Positions 26,806 through 36,907 of a stretch of DNA of 64,000 nt are shown here, one piece after another; the stretch's first letter is position 1; each line of letters begins with the position of its first letter. The notes beneath the pieces are model-generated. The model saw only the letters and a list, made by a program, of their open reading frames with translations, made no database searches and had not been told where the DNA came from. The translations under genes and the position numbers were made by a program. The stretch comes from Planctomycetota bacterium (lineage in GTDB: Bacteria; Planctomycetota; Planctomycetia; Pirellulales; UBA1268). The stretch is taken from NCBI GenBank assembly GCA_003671185.1, contig QWPN01000032.1, positions 15,805-79,804 of the forward strand, given 5' to 3'.

Positions 26806-28593
26806 TCAGCGGCGGGCGGTGGCGTCGGCGGCCAGCGGCGGCTGCGCCGCCGGGGCGTCGGGCTTCACCGTGCGGGTCCATTCGGCGAGCGTCTCCACCT
26901 GGCGGTTCACCGTCGGGGTGACGTAATTGAAAAGCGTCTGCGGGGCCACCCCGAAGAGGATCGCCAGGAACACGAGCGGGGTGGCGATCGCCAGTTCCCG
27001 GCCGGTGATCGGCGTCAGGTGATCGCCATGCGGACCCTTGTATTCGGCGCCCAGATAGACCCGCTGGATCGCCCACAGGATGTAGGCCGCCGTGAGGATC
27101 ACCGTGAAGGCCGAGATCACGGCCAGCACTCGGCTGTAGTTCCAACTGGAGAGCGTCACCAGCACCTCGCCGATGAAACCGCACAGCCCCGGCAGGCCCA
27201 GGCCCGCGAAGAAGATCGCCACTGCCAGGCCGCTGTACACCGGCATGCGGTTGAAGATGCCGCCGAATTCCTCGAGATTGCGATGGTGCACCCGGTCATA
27301 GAGCACGCCCACCATGAAAAACATCCCGGCCGACGAGATGCCGTGGGCCAGCATTTGGAACATGGCCCCGTTCACACCCTGGGCCCAGGCGTCCCAGCGG
27401 AACTCGTTGCCGGCCACCGCGCTCCACACGCCCAGGCCCAGCATCACGTAACCCATGTGGCTCACGGAGCTGTAGGCCACCATCCGCTTGAAGTCCTTCT
27501 GGGCCAGCGCCGCAAAGGCGCCGTAGACCATCGACACCACGCCCAAACCGCACACCAGCCAAGCGAGCGCCAGCCCTGCGCCGGGACAGATCGGATAGCA
27601 GATGCGCAGGATGCCGTAGCCACCCAGCTTGAGCAGCACGCCGGCCAGGATCATCGAGATCGGCGTCGGCGCCTCGACGTGGGCGTCGGGCAGCCAGGTG
27701 TGCACCGGCACCACGGGCACCTTGATCACGAAACCGACGAGCAGCAGCAGGAAGGCCCACGTCTCCAGGCTCAGGCCCCAGAGGTTGACCGCAGCGAACG
27801 GCGACTCGGGCAGTTGGCCGAGCTGGGCCAGCGCCAGCAGGTTGAACGTATGGACTGGCGACGTGGCCGTCTTGATCGCCGCCACGGCATCAGCCTGAGC
27901 GGCCGCGTCGAGCACGGGACTGACGACGTGTGCGGCCACCAACTGCTCGGCCGACAGATCCCGCAGATCGCCCGTGAAATACAGCATCAGGATCGCCAAC
28001 AGCATGAGCACGCTGCCGAGCAGCGTGTAGAGGAAGAACTTGATGGCGGCGTATTCCCGCCGCGGACCGCCCCAGATGCCGATCAGGAAGTACATCGGCA
28101 GCAGCATCACCTCCCAGAACACGTAAAACAGGAAGAAGTCGAGCGACACGAACACGCCCAGCATGCCCGTCTCCAAGAGCAGAAACAGCACGTGGTAGGC
28201 CTTCACGTGCTTGGTGATCGGCCAACTAGCGGCGGCGGCCAGCATCGACAGAAACGTGGTGAGGACGACGAGCGGCATGCTGATGCCGTCGACACCCAGC
28301 AGGTACTCGATGTTGAAGGCCGGAATCCACGGCTGCTTGACCATGGCCTGCATGCCGGCCTCGCCCACCCTGAACTGTGCCGGGCCGACCGCTCCGAACA
28401 GCGTCGGCCACGCCATCCACAGCGACAGCACGAACACCACCGCCGTGGTGAGCAGCGTGATCCAGCGGATCGCCTCCTCGCGGCCCTTGGACACGATGGG
28501 CAGCGAAAGCAGCGCGGCCACGAGGGCCGGCAGGAACACGATCGCCGTGAGGGGCCAGAGGGCGGGCTGGTCGAGCGTTGCGACGGGAAGCAT
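26806..28593 (-). CDS. nuoM: NADH-quinone oxidoreductase subunit M
   Basis: 595-aa antiporter-like subunit (FVFWEVMLLPMYFLIGIWGG, HTWLPDAHVEAPTP, MVAYSSVSHMGY). Confidence 0.92.
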   Translation of the reverse strand: MLPVATLDQPALWPLTAIVFLPALVAALLSLPIVSKGREEAIRWITLLTTAVVFVLSLWMAWPTLFGAVGPAQFRVGEAGMQAMVKQPWIPAFNIEYLLGVDGISMPLVVLTTFLSMLAAAASWPITKHVKAYHVLFLLLETGMLGVFVSLDFFLFYVFWEVMLLPMYFLIGIWGGPRREYAAIKFFLYTLLGSVLMLLAILMLYFTGDLRDLSAEQLVAAHVVSPVLDAAAQADAVAAIKTATSPVHTFNLLALAQLGQLPESPFAAVNLWGLSLETWAFLLLLVGFVIKVPVVPVHTWLPDAHVEAPTPISMILAGVLLKLGGYGILRICYPICPGAGLALAWLVCGLGVVSMVYGAFAALAQKDFKRMVAYSSVSHMGYVMLGLGVWSAVAGNEFRWDAWAQGVNGAMFQMLAHGISSAGMFFMVGVLYDRVHHRNLEEFGGIFNRMPVYSGLAVAIFFAGLGLPGLCGFIGEVLVTLSSWNYSRVLAVISAFTVILTAAYILWAIQRVYLGAEYKGPHGDHLTPITGRELAIATPLVFLAILFGVAPQTLFNYVTPTVNRQVETLAEWTRTVKPDAPAAQPPLAADATARR

Positions 28594-28651
28594 GGCGGGA
28601 TCCGTGCGAGGTTCCGGAGGGTGACTGGTGAACGGGGACGTGCGGCCGGGG

Positions 28652-31096
28652 TCAGCCGGCCAGTGACGACGAGAGCAGCATGCTGGCCAAGACGTACAGC
28701 GCGACGGTGCCGACGACGATGAACATCACGTACTGCCGCAGCCGGCCCGTCTGCAGCTTCTTGAGCTCCAGGCCGGCATTCCACGTGGCGTTGGCCGTGG
28801 CGTTGACGAGGCCGTCAACCAGCGTGCGATCGATCCAGGCGTCGATGCCCGCCAGTTGCCGGGCCGTCCAGGCCACGCCATCGATGATGCGGTCGATAAT
28901 GCCCCGGTCGACCCCGCTGGCCAGGCTGGCGATCCCCAGCACCGGCTTCACGAACAGCGCGTCGTAGAGTTCATCGAAGTACCAACGGCCGGCCAGAAAG
29001 GCATACAGCGGCCGGAACACGGCGGCCACGGCGGCCGGGGAGATCGACCGCCACACGTACATCGCCGCGGCCAGCAGCACGCCCGCCAGAGCGGTCCCAA
29101 AGGCGGTCCAGGTGGCGATCGTGTGGAACGGCTCGCCGTGGCTGAGGTGCTCGGCGGGAATGGTGATGCCGGCGGCGGCGAAGCCCTCGGCCGTGCCCGC
29201 GGGCCGGGCCTGCTCGAGCAGGTTCGCGATGCCGAAGCCACCCGGCAGCGTCCAGCCCGCCACCACGGCCAGCACCGCCAGCGTCACGAGGGGCGTGACC
29301 ATCACGTTCGGCGACTCGTGGGCGTGGTCGGCGATATGGTGATCCCGGGGCTGGCCCGCGAACGTCATGAACCAGAGTCGGAACATGTAGAACGCGGTCA
29401 GGAATGCACCCCCCGCCACGGCCCAGAACAGGATCGCGTGCCGGGGGTTCGCCTGGGAGAAGCAGAGGGCCTGGGCGAGGATCGAGTCCTTGGAGTAATA
29501 GCCCGAAAGCCCGATCACGAAGGGCACGCCGGCCCCGATGATGGCCAGGCAGCCGACGAGCATGGTGCCGGCCGTGTAGGGCATCACTCGGGCGAGGCCA
29601 CCCATCTTCCGCATGTCATTCGTGTGGCAGGCGTGGATCACCGATCCCGAGCAGAGAAACAGCAGGCTCTTGAAGAAGGCGTGCGTGACGAGGTGGAACA
29701 GGCCGGCCACCCAGCCGCCCACGCCCAGCGCCAGCATCATGTAGCCGAGCTGACTGACGGTGGAGTAGGCGAGCACCCGCTTGATGTCGTTGGCGACCAG
29801 CGCGATTGTGGCGGCGATGAACAGCGTGATCGCGCCCGCGTAGGCGATCACGAGCAGCACTTCGGGCGTGAGCACGGGAAAGAACCTGCCCACGAGGTAC
29901 ACGCCGGCGGCCACCATCGTGGCCGAATGGACGAGCGCCGAGACCGGCGTGGGGCCTTCCATGGCATCAGGCAGCCAGACGAAGAGTGGAAACTGGGCGC
30001 TCTTGCCCACGCAGCCGCAGAAGATGCCGAGACCGGCCACCACGAGGAGCCAGTGTCCCAGGCCGATGGCCCGCCAGTCGGAGATGCGGCTGGCCACTTC
30101 GCTGGCCGCATCGGCCGGGTTGCCCGCGTGGTCGGCCGCGATCCGCGCCACCTCGTCGGCCGCCGCGAACGTCACCATCCCGTCCGGCACCTGGAGCGCA
30201 TGACCGCCAGCGGCAGGACGCACGAGACTGAACAGGCCGGGCGTCGTGACGACGCTGCCATCGGGGCCCGCCACCTGCGCGTCGGCGAACTGCAAGGTCC
30301 CCAGCGCGCCCCACAGGGCCATCAGCCCGATGAGCATGCCAAAGTCGCCCACCCGATTGACGATGAACGCCTTGTTGGCGGCGGTCGAGGCGCTCGTGCG
30401 CTCGTAGTAGAAGCCGATCAGGAACCAGGAGCAGATGCCCACCAGTTCCCAGAAGATGAAAACCATCGCCAGATTGCCGGCGATCACGATGCCCAGCATC
30501 GAGAAGCAGAACAGGGACAGGGCCTGGAAGAACCGCGGAAAGCGGCCGGGCCGGTGGAGGTGGCCGCCACCCGCAAGATGCACCTCGTGATCGGTGACGT
30601 CGTGGAGCTCGTCGTGCATGTATCCGGACGCATAGACGTGAATGCACGTGGCGATGAACGTCACCACCACGAACATCAGCACCGTGAGCGCATCGACGTA
30701 CCAGCCGATGGAGAGCCGCAGCCGGCCACCCTCGTAGAGGGTGTACCAGTCTCCGGCGTAGTGGGCCGGCACCTCGGCATGGCCGCCATGGACGGCGGCG
30801 TCGGCATGAGCACCGGCGTCATCTTGCTCGGCAGCCGCAGCGTCGGCATGGTCGCTCGCGTGGGCGGCTGCATGCCCGCCGTGGGCCGCCGCCTGCACGG
30901 GATGCACACCCAGCCAGGTCACGAACGCCGCCAACGAGAGCACCAGCGACGTGACGATCGCCGCGGTCGCCACCCAGGCGGCGTTCCGACCGTGCGACCC
31001 CATGCGCGGCCCGAAGAACAGGATGGCCAGGAAAGACGCCAGGGGCGCCAGCCAGGCCAGGCCGAGGAGCATCGGGAGTTGGGAGGCGGGATCCAT
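28652..31096 (-). CDS. nuoL: NADH-quinone oxidoreductase subunit L (expanded, 814 aa)
   Basis: Motifs FIFWELVGICSWFLIGFYY, GKSAQFPLFVWLPDAMEGPTPVSALVH and VLAYSTVSQLGYM. It contains two large insertions relative to typical NuoL (~610-670 aa). Confidence 0.92.
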   Translation of the reverse strand: MDPASQLPMLLGLAWLAPLASFLAILFFGPRMGSHGRNAAWVATAAIVTSLVLSLAAFVTWLGVHPVQAAAHGGHAAAHASDHADAAAAEQDDAGAHADAAVHGGHAEVPAHYAGDWYTLYEGGRLRLSIGWYVDALTVLMFVVVTFIATCIHVYASGYMHDELHDVTDHEVHLAGGGHLHRPGRFPRFFQALSLFCFSMLGIVIAGNLAMVFIFWELVGICSWFLIGFYYERTSASTAANKAFIVNRVGDFGMLIGLMALWGALGTLQFADAQVAGPDGSVVTTPGLFSLVRPAAGGHALQVPDGMVTFAAADEVARIAADHAGNPADAASEVASRISDWRAIGLGHWLLVVAGLGIFCGCVGKSAQFPLFVWLPDAMEGPTPVSALVHSATMVAAGVYLVGRFFPVLTPEVLLVIAYAGAITLFIAATIALVANDIKRVLAYSTVSQLGYMMLALGVGGWVAGLFHLVTHAFFKSLLFLCSGSVIHACHTNDMRKMGGLARVMPYTAGTMLVGCLAIIGAGVPFVIGLSGYYSKDSILAQALCFSQANPRHAILFWAVAGGAFLTAFYMFRLWFMTFAGQPRDHHIADHAHESPNVMVTPLVTLAVLAVVAGWTLPGGFGIANLLEQARPAGTAEGFAAAGITIPAEHLSHGEPFHTIATWTAFGTALAGVLLAAAMYVWRSISPAAVAAVFRPLYAFLAGRWYFDELYDALFVKPVLGIASLASGVDRGIIDRIIDGVAWTARQLAGIDAWIDRTLVDGLVNATANATWNAGLELKKLQTGRLRQYVMFIVVGTVALYVLASMLLSSSLAG

Positions 31097-31117
31097 GACC
31101 TTCTCGCTGCCGCGATC

Positions 31118-31489
31118 TCAACCCTTGAGATCATCCGCACGATCGACGTCGACCGTGGCGTGGTTGTTGTAGAAGTTGAGGGTGATTGCCAGGGCCACGG
31201 CGGCCTCGGCGGCCGCCAGCAGGATCACGAACAGGGCGATCGCCTGCCCATCCAATCCCAGCGACTTCCCCCCCTCGGCCTGCAGGTACGGGGAAGCGAA
31301 GGCCACGAAGTTCACGTTGGCGCCGTTGAGGACGAGTTCGATGCCCATCAACACGCCGAGGGCGTTGCGTTTCACCGCCATGCAGGCCACGCCGGCCGTG
31401 AACAAGATCGCCCCCACCACCAGGTAGTGCGTCACGCCCACGGGCTCCGTGAGCAAACTGGCCACAAGCGGGGACAGGGACGGCTGCAT
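31118..31489 (-). CDS. nuoK: NADH-quinone oxidoreductase subunit K
   Basis: Three-TM protein with the motif LGVLMGIELVLNGANVNFVAF. Confidence 0.9.
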   Translation of the reverse strand: MQPSLSPLVASLLTEPVGVTHYLVVGAILFTAGVACMAVKRNALGVLMGIELVLNGANVNFVAFASPYLQAEGGKSLGLDGQAIALFVILLAAAEAAVALAITLNFYNNHATVDVDRADDLKG

Positions 31490-32178
31490 CAGCGTGCCCC
31501 TCCCGCCAGCACCGACCCGCCACGTGACCCCTCGCGTCCCACGGCGGCGTGGGCGGCGACGGTCGCCGGGGGTTCCATCGACGCGGCCACCTCGATGGCG
31601 CGTGGCGTCCGGCGCCGCTTGGCACGGGCCAGGTACGCGGCGCCTACGAGCACCACGAGCAGATGCACAGAAACGATTTCGAACGGCAGCAGGTAACCGC
31701 TACGAACACCGCCGGGAGCACCTGCCGACGCCTCGTCGACCCGCGTGCCCAGCAGCGCCATGCCGAGCGGCGTGGCGGCAGGCTCGCCGTCTCGACCGGC
31801 GGCCGGCTTCCGCCATTCCGGCACGGAGAACGCCGACTGCAGCAGCACGGCGAGCAGGGCGGCGCCGATCACGCCCGCCAGCACGCGATCGCCCGGCGCG
31901 GTCTTGATCGACACGAATGGAGCCTGGGCCGTGAGCATCACGCCGAACACCAGCAGCACGAGCGTGCCGCCCACATAGATCATGAGTTGCATGGCACCCA
32001 CGAACTCGGCGCCGGCCAGAAAGAACAGCCCCGCCGTCGCGCCCAGCGAGAGTACGAGGTACAACGCCATGCGCACCACGTTTTCCGCCGCCACCACGGC
32101 CACGGCACAGCCGCAGGCCAGCGCCGCGAACAGAAAGAAGAAGACGGAGTGCCAGTCGATGGCGGCCAGCGGTATCAT
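31489..32178 (-). CDS. nuoJ: NADH-quinone oxidoreductase subunit J
   Basis: ATG at 32178 within ORF 31489..32553, forming an ATGA overlap with the nuoH stop. Sequence FFFLFAALACGCAVAVVAAENVVRMALYLVLSL...AEFVGAMQLMIYVGG. Confidence 0.88.
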   Translation of the reverse strand: MIPLAAIDWHSVFFFLFAALACGCAVAVVAAENVVRMALYLVLSLGATAGLFFLAGAEFVGAMQLMIYVGGTLVLLVFGVMLTAQAPFVSIKTAPGDRVLAGVIGAALLAVLLQSAFSVPEWRKPAAGRDGEPAATPLGMALLGTRVDEASAGAPGGVRSGYLLPFEIVSVHLLVVLVGAAYLARAKRRRTPRAIEVAASMEPPATVAAHAAVGREGSRGGSVLAGGAR

Positions 32179-33371
32179 GGGAGCACCCCGGCGACAGCGG
32201 AGGACCGAGCCGCGGCAGACCGGCCACCCGGTCCCTCGAGCCAGCCCTCGCGGATCTCGCCCGCGGGCCGCGACAGCCCTGGCGCCACTCCACCCGGCAG
32301 CATCAACTGCCAGAGCATGGCACCAGCGAACATCGCCGCGGCGATCGGCGTGCAGTACTTGAGGCAGGTGGTCATCACCTGGTCGATGCGGAGCCGGGGC
32401 AGCGTCCAGCGCACCCACATCATCACGAGCACGCCCAGCGTGGCCTTGCCGAGCAGGTTCGCCATGCCCAGCAAACGCACGAAATAGTTCGCCGTGTCGC
32501 CCGTGCCCTCCGAGAGGCCCACCAACCGTGCCACCGGGATGGGGCCGTTCCAACCGCCCATGAACAGCACCGCGGCCAGGGCGCTGACGAGGAACATCGA
32601 TCCGTACTCGGCCATGAAGAAGTAACTCCAGCGCAGGCCGGAGTATTCAGTGTGGAAGCCGGCCACGAGTTCACTCTCCGCCTCAGCCAGGTCGAAGGGG
32701 GCGCGGTTGACGCTGGCCACCGCACAGGTGACGTACACCCAGAAGATCACGAACGTGAAGGGGTCGTGGAACAGGTACCAGTTCGTGACCCAGCCCGCCT
32801 GCTTCTCCGCGATCGTCACCAGATCCATGCTGCCGGCCAGCATCACGGGAACGACCACGCACATCCCCAGCGGCACCTCGTAACTCACGACCTGGGCCGC
32901 CTCGCGCATGGCCCCGAACAGCGACCATTTGGAGGCCGACGCGTAGCCGGCGAGGATCACCCCGAACACCTCCAGGCCGAGCACCGCCACCACGAAGAAC
33001 ACGCCGACGTTGAGCCGCTGGCCCACGAAATCGAAGGCGAACGGGAGGGCGATGAAGGCGCAGAAGGAGGCGCAGAAACTGACGTATGGGGCCAGACGGA
33101 ACAGCATCCCGTCAGCACCCTCGGGCATCAGGTCCTCCTTGGCGATGAGCTTGATGCCATCAGCCAGGGACTGCAGCCAGCCGAACCGGCCGCCCGTGCG
33201 CGTGGGACCGAGGCGATCCTGGATCCGGGCGGCAATCTTGCGCTCCGCCCAGATGAACACCAGTGCGCCGCCGGCGATCACGTTGAGGATCAACACGGCG
33301 GCCACGACGGCCGTGACCGTCCATGCCAGCCACTCGGGGAAGCCGACCGAGTTGATGAGGAATTCAGCCAT
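32175..33371 (-). CDS. nuoH: NADH-quinone oxidoreductase subunit H
   Basis: Motifs WAERKIAARIQDRLGPTRTG, QSLADGIKL and RAPFDLAEAESELVAGFHTEYSG. Confidence 0.95.
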   Translation of the reverse strand: MAEFLINSVGFPEWLAWTVTAVVAAVLILNVIAGGALVFIWAERKIAARIQDRLGPTRTGGRFGWLQSLADGIKLIAKEDLMPEGADGMLFRLAPYVSFCASFCAFIALPFAFDFVGQRLNVGVFFVVAVLGLEVFGVILAGYASASKWSLFGAMREAAQVVSYEVPLGMCVVVPVMLAGSMDLVTIAEKQAGWVTNWYLFHDPFTFVIFWVYVTCAVASVNRAPFDLAEAESELVAGFHTEYSGLRWSYFFMAEYGSMFLVSALAAVLFMGGWNGPIPVARLVGLSEGTGDTANYFVRLLGMANLLGKATLGVLVMMWVRWTLPRLRIDQVMTTCLKYCTPIAAAMFAGAMLWQLMLPGGVAPGLSRPAGEIREGWLEGPGGRSAAARSSAVAGVLP

Positions 33372-33656
33372 CAGTCCGAGTCGTGCGGCGGCGAAACAAC
33401 GGGCTGCCCACGGTTTTCCCGGGCAGAAACCGACTTCGTGAAAATTCGCACGAAGTTTGCCCTACACCAACTCTTTTCACAAGCCCCGGCGGGGGATCGG
33501 GCCGGTTTCGCACGGTGCACCCACGGAGCCACGGGTCGGGGGACGCCGAGACCATGTGCGCCATGGGCACGCCCGGCGACGCCGCGCCATCCCACTCTCC
33601 GCAGCCGCGGCTTTCACTCCCGCGCGGCACGCACCGGTGCCGCGAGCGGCGGCCGG

Positions 33657-34862
33657 CTACCGGTCGATCTCGCCCATCACGATGTCGAGACTGCCCACGA
33701 TGGCCGGCACGTCGGCGATCAGGCAGCCACGGCACAACTCCGGCGCCACCGCCAGGTTTGAGAACGAACTCGAACGGGCCCGCACTCGCCAGGGAATCGC
33801 TGACCCGTCGCTCACCAGATAGAACCCCATCTGGCCCTTCGGTGCCTCGGTCTCCAGGTAGGCGTCGCCGGCCGGAATCTTCTCCGCGAGTTTGAGCGGC
33901 TCGCCCAGCGGCCCCTTGCAGGCCGAGTAGCGGTCGATCGACTGGCGAACCAGGTCCATCGACTGCACCACCTCCAGCATGCGCACGAAGAACCGGTGCC
34001 AGCAGTCCCCCAGCACCGCATCGGCCGGCACGGGCGGATATTCGTGGTCGCGGGGATAGTGTCCGTCCTTCATCACGGCCACCTCGAAGGCGTAGCCGTC
34101 GTACATCGCCGTGTAGATGGCTTCACCGTCGCGCCGCATGTCCTGGTCGACGCCGCTACCGCGGAGCACGGGGCCCGAGCAACCGTATTCGATGGCCAGA
34201 TCCCGCGACATGACGCCGATGTTCGCGGTGCGCTTCACGAAGATCGCGTTGGTCGTGAGCAGCGCGTGGTATTCCTTGATGATGGGCTCGAACTGGTCGA
34301 GAAAGGCCTCGCAGCGGCCCAGCCAGCCCGGCGGCAGGTCGGCCGTCAGGCCGCCCACGGTGATGTAGCTGTAGGTGAGGCGGGCCCCGCAGGCCTCCTC
34401 GAACAGGTCGAGGATCTTCTCGCGCTCGCGGAAGGCGTACAGGAACGGGCTGAACGTGCCCAGATCGAGGCCGTAGGCCCCCATGCCCACCAGGTGGCTG
34501 GCGATGCGACCCAACTCGGCGATCAGCACGCGAAGGTGTCGGGCCTTCTCGCTGACCTGGTACTTCATCAACTTCTCCACCGCCAGCGCCCAGCCGAGAT
34601 TCATGTTCATCGCGGCCAGATAGTCCATCCGGTCGGTGTAGGGAATCCACTGCCGGGCGGTGAGGTTCTCGCCGATCTTCTCGGCGCAGCGGTGCAGGTA
34701 GCCGATGTGCGGCTCCACCTCCGACACCACCTCGCCATCGGTGCGCAGCACGAGCCGCAGCACACCGTGCGTGCTGGGATGCTGTGGCCCCATGTTGACG
34801 AGCATCTCGTCGGTGCGGACATCGAATTCGATGATGCGGGGGTCGTCGGCGACGTGCGACAT
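33657..34862 (-). CDS. nuoD: NADH-quinone oxidoreductase subunit D
   Basis: Motifs MLVNMGPQHPSTHGVLRL, GYLHRCAEK and a C-terminal LDIVMGEIDR. Confidence 0.95.
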   Translation of the reverse strand: MSHVADDPRIIEFDVRTDEMLVNMGPQHPSTHGVLRLVLRTDGEVVSEVEPHIGYLHRCAEKIGENLTARQWIPYTDRMDYLAAMNMNLGWALAVEKLMKYQVSEKARHLRVLIAELGRIASHLVGMGAYGLDLGTFSPFLYAFREREKILDLFEEACGARLTYSYITVGGLTADLPPGWLGRCEAFLDQFEPIIKEYHALLTTNAIFVKRTANIGVMSRDLAIEYGCSGPVLRGSGVDQDMRRDGEAIYTAMYDGYAFEVAVMKDGHYPRDHEYPPVPADAVLGDCWHRFFVRMLEVVQSMDLVRQSIDRYSACKGPLGEPLKLAEKIPAGDAYLETEAPKGQMGFYLVSDGSAIPWRVRARSSSFSNLAVAPELCRGCLIADVPAIVGSLDIVMGEIDR

Positions 34863-34877
34863 GGTGATGTCCCTGGT

Positions 34878-35408
34878 TCAGCGGCCGCGGATGCCGTGGT
34901 ATTCGAGCGGTTGTTCGTAGTCCTTGCGCAGCGGGTACCCCTCCCAATCCTCCGGACAGAGGATGCGGCGCAGGTTGGGGTGGCCCGTGAACCAGACGCC
35001 GGAGAGGTCATACACCTCGCGCTCGTGCCAGTCGGCGCCCCGCCACACGCCGCACAGGCTGGGAACCTCGGGCAACTGTCCGGGCACGTCCCCCTTCCAG
35101 CGCGGCACCTTCGCCTTGAGCACGAGGCTGACACGGGACGCCGTGCTCCACAGGTGGTAGACGAGTTCGAGGTGGGGCTGCCACGACACCTTCGCCGCCT
35201 TCTTGGGGTCGGGCTCGCACCAATCCACCACCGTCATGCACTGCAGCGAGTCGAACCGCACCGGGCTCCGGGAATTCAGCCAGCCGCAGACGTCGGCGAT
35301 CCGTTCCGGGGCGATCTCGACCCAGGGGTCGATCGCTTCGAGGTTCCTACCCACCACCGCGCCAGGCAGGGCCTCATCAAGTTGTTCCAGGAAGCCGGGG
35401 CCTCGCAT
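34878..35408 (-). CDS. nuoC: NADH-quinone oxidoreductase subunit C
   Basis: ATG at 35408 within ORF 34878..35663. Sequence [34 protein letters not shown]...[10 protein letters not shown]. Confidence 0.9.
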   Translation of the reverse strand: MRGPGFLEQLDEALPGAVVGRNLEAIDPWVEIAPERIADVCGWLNSRSPVRFDSLQCMTVVDWCEPDPKKAAKVSWQPHLELVYHLWSTASRVSLVLKAKVPRWKGDVPGQLPEVPSLCGVWRGADWHEREVYDLSGVWFTGHPNLRRILCPEDWEGYPLRKDYEQPLEYHGIRGR

Positions 35409-35451
35409 GGTCGCTCCGAGAAGTGATTTGCAGCTGGAAGTAGCCGCCTGC

Positions 35452-36093
35452 TTACGGTGCGGCCGCGCGTTCGGCCGACACGGCCCGCACCCAGTCGAGA
35501 TCGCCTCGATACCACACGTAGGCGAACCCGATGAGGAGCACGGCAAAAAATGCCACCATGTCGACGACCGCCGTTCGTGCCAGGAGGGAGCCGGCCCGGG
35601 CCACCGACCATTCCCCGAGCGCCTGCTGATCCGATATCTCACCGCGTCCGGCCTGTAGCGCACGCTTCCGTGCCCACACGATCTTCTCCTGCATCGGCTC
35701 GCGAAGCGTGTCCGTCTCCGGCGCGGCCGGTCGCGACAACCCCAGCTCCCGTTGCAAGCCGACGGCGGCCGGCGTCAGCGTCCCGTCGGCGCACACCGTG
35801 GCCAAGGCCGGATCGGTGAGTTGCGTGGCCTTGCCGAACACCGTGGCCCAAGGAAAGAATAAGGCAACTTCCACGTCGAAGATGATGAACAGCAGGGCGA
35901 CTACGTAAAATCTCAGGTCGAACTGCACGAAACTGGATCCGATGGCCGGTTCCCCACACTCGTAGACCTCGAGTTTCTCCGTGTTCGGAGCACGGGGCCG
36001 TACCAGCCAGCCGACCAGCAGGTTGACGGCCAGGAAGGCGCCGCCCACGGCCACGAACAGGGCCACGTAGCCGGCAGTCAGGGTGGGGTGCAT
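35452..36093 (-). CDS. nuoA: NADH-quinone oxidoreductase subunit A (expanded, 213 aa)
   Basis: Motifs [39 protein letters not shown] and a C-terminal [14 protein letters not shown], separated by a ~80-aa insertion. Confidence 0.88.
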   Translation of the reverse strand: MHPTLTAGYVALFVAVGGAFLAVNLLVGWLVRPRAPNTEKLEVYECGEPAIGSSFVQFDLRFYVVALLFIIFDVEVALFFPWATVFGKATQLTDPALATVCADGTLTPAAVGLQRELGLSRPAAPETDTLREPMQEKIVWARKRALQAGRGEISDQQALGEWSVARAGSLLARTAVVDMVAFFAVLLIGFAYVWYRGDLDWVRAVSAERAAAP

Positions 36094-36134
36094 GGCGGGA
36101 GAGGCTCGTGGGGGACGGTTGGGCCGCGGGGCTG

Positions 36135-36698
36135 CTACTGGTTGGGGCCACCGTGGACCGGTTCCACGATCACCTTCGAGGCGGCCACGGCCGTGGGGTT
36201 GAGCGTTGACCGGCCCCAGGCCACTTCGACAGGCAGACGGGCGAAGTCGACGATGGTTCCGTCACGGCTGTAGCAGGACAGGTCGAGCGTCGATCCCATG
36301 AAGATGCAGTCGACGGGGCAGGGTTCCACGCACAGGGCGCAGAACATGCACTTCGAGTAGTCGATGGTGAATCCGCTCACGCGAAAGCCCTTGCCGTTCT
36401 CGACCCGCTCCTTGCCGATGTAGATGCAATCGACCGGGCAGGCCTTCGAGCACTGGTCGCAGGCGATGCAGGTGGTGAGATCGTAGCGGTGGAAGCCGCG
36501 GTAGCGGGCCGCGACGGGGGCCGGCAATTCGGGATATTCGAAGTGTTCTGTAAACGTGCGGCGTGTCTGATCGTAGGTGCTGCCGAACACCCGTAGCGTG
36601 ACAAGCATCCCCTCGGCGACGGTTTTGACCGCGGAAAACAGATTGCGGAACCACTCGTTCATGACGGATCCGGAGGAGGAATCGTCGCGGGAGAGCAC
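36135..36698 (-). CDS. nuoI: NADH-quinone oxidoreductase subunit I (2x[4Fe-4S])
   Basis: Two ferredoxin motifs: CIACDQCSKACP and CMFCALCVEPCP. The tracked start is a GTG at 36698; the ATG at 36662 (MNEWFRNLF...) is probably the true start. Confidence 0.88.
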   Translation of the reverse strand: MLSRDDSSSGSVMNEWFRNLFSAVKTVAEGMLVTLRVFGSTYDQTRRTFTEHFEYPELPAPVAARYRGFHRYDLTTCIACDQCSKACPVDCIYIGKERVENGKGFRVSGFTIDYSKCMFCALCVEPCPVDCIFMGSTLDLSCYSRDGTIVDFARLPVEVAWGRSTLNPTAVAASKVIVEPVHGGPNQ

Positions 36699-36709
36699 AT
36701 CACGTCGCC

Positions 36710-36737
36710 AGTATAGGAACGCCCGTCAGGCCAACAA
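36710..36737 (-). promoter_or_regulatory. Putative promoter of the nuo gene train
   Basis: The minus strand reads TTGTTG-16 nt-TATACT, ending ~10 nt upstream of the GTG at 36698 and ~45 nt upstream of the ATG at 36662. Confidence 0.25.
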
Positions 36738-36907
36738 GCCTCGGTGTTGGCCGCCGCCGTGAAGCCGCGCCCCGGCCGTGAGTCCACCGCGGACGACGGA
36801 TGGCGACCGGTTCTCCAAGCGGCAGAACCGGCCAGCAACTCGGGGGTCGACGGGCAACTGAAACCACGGTTTTGCCGGGTGATTCCAGACCGTGGCCCGG
36901 AATTTGC

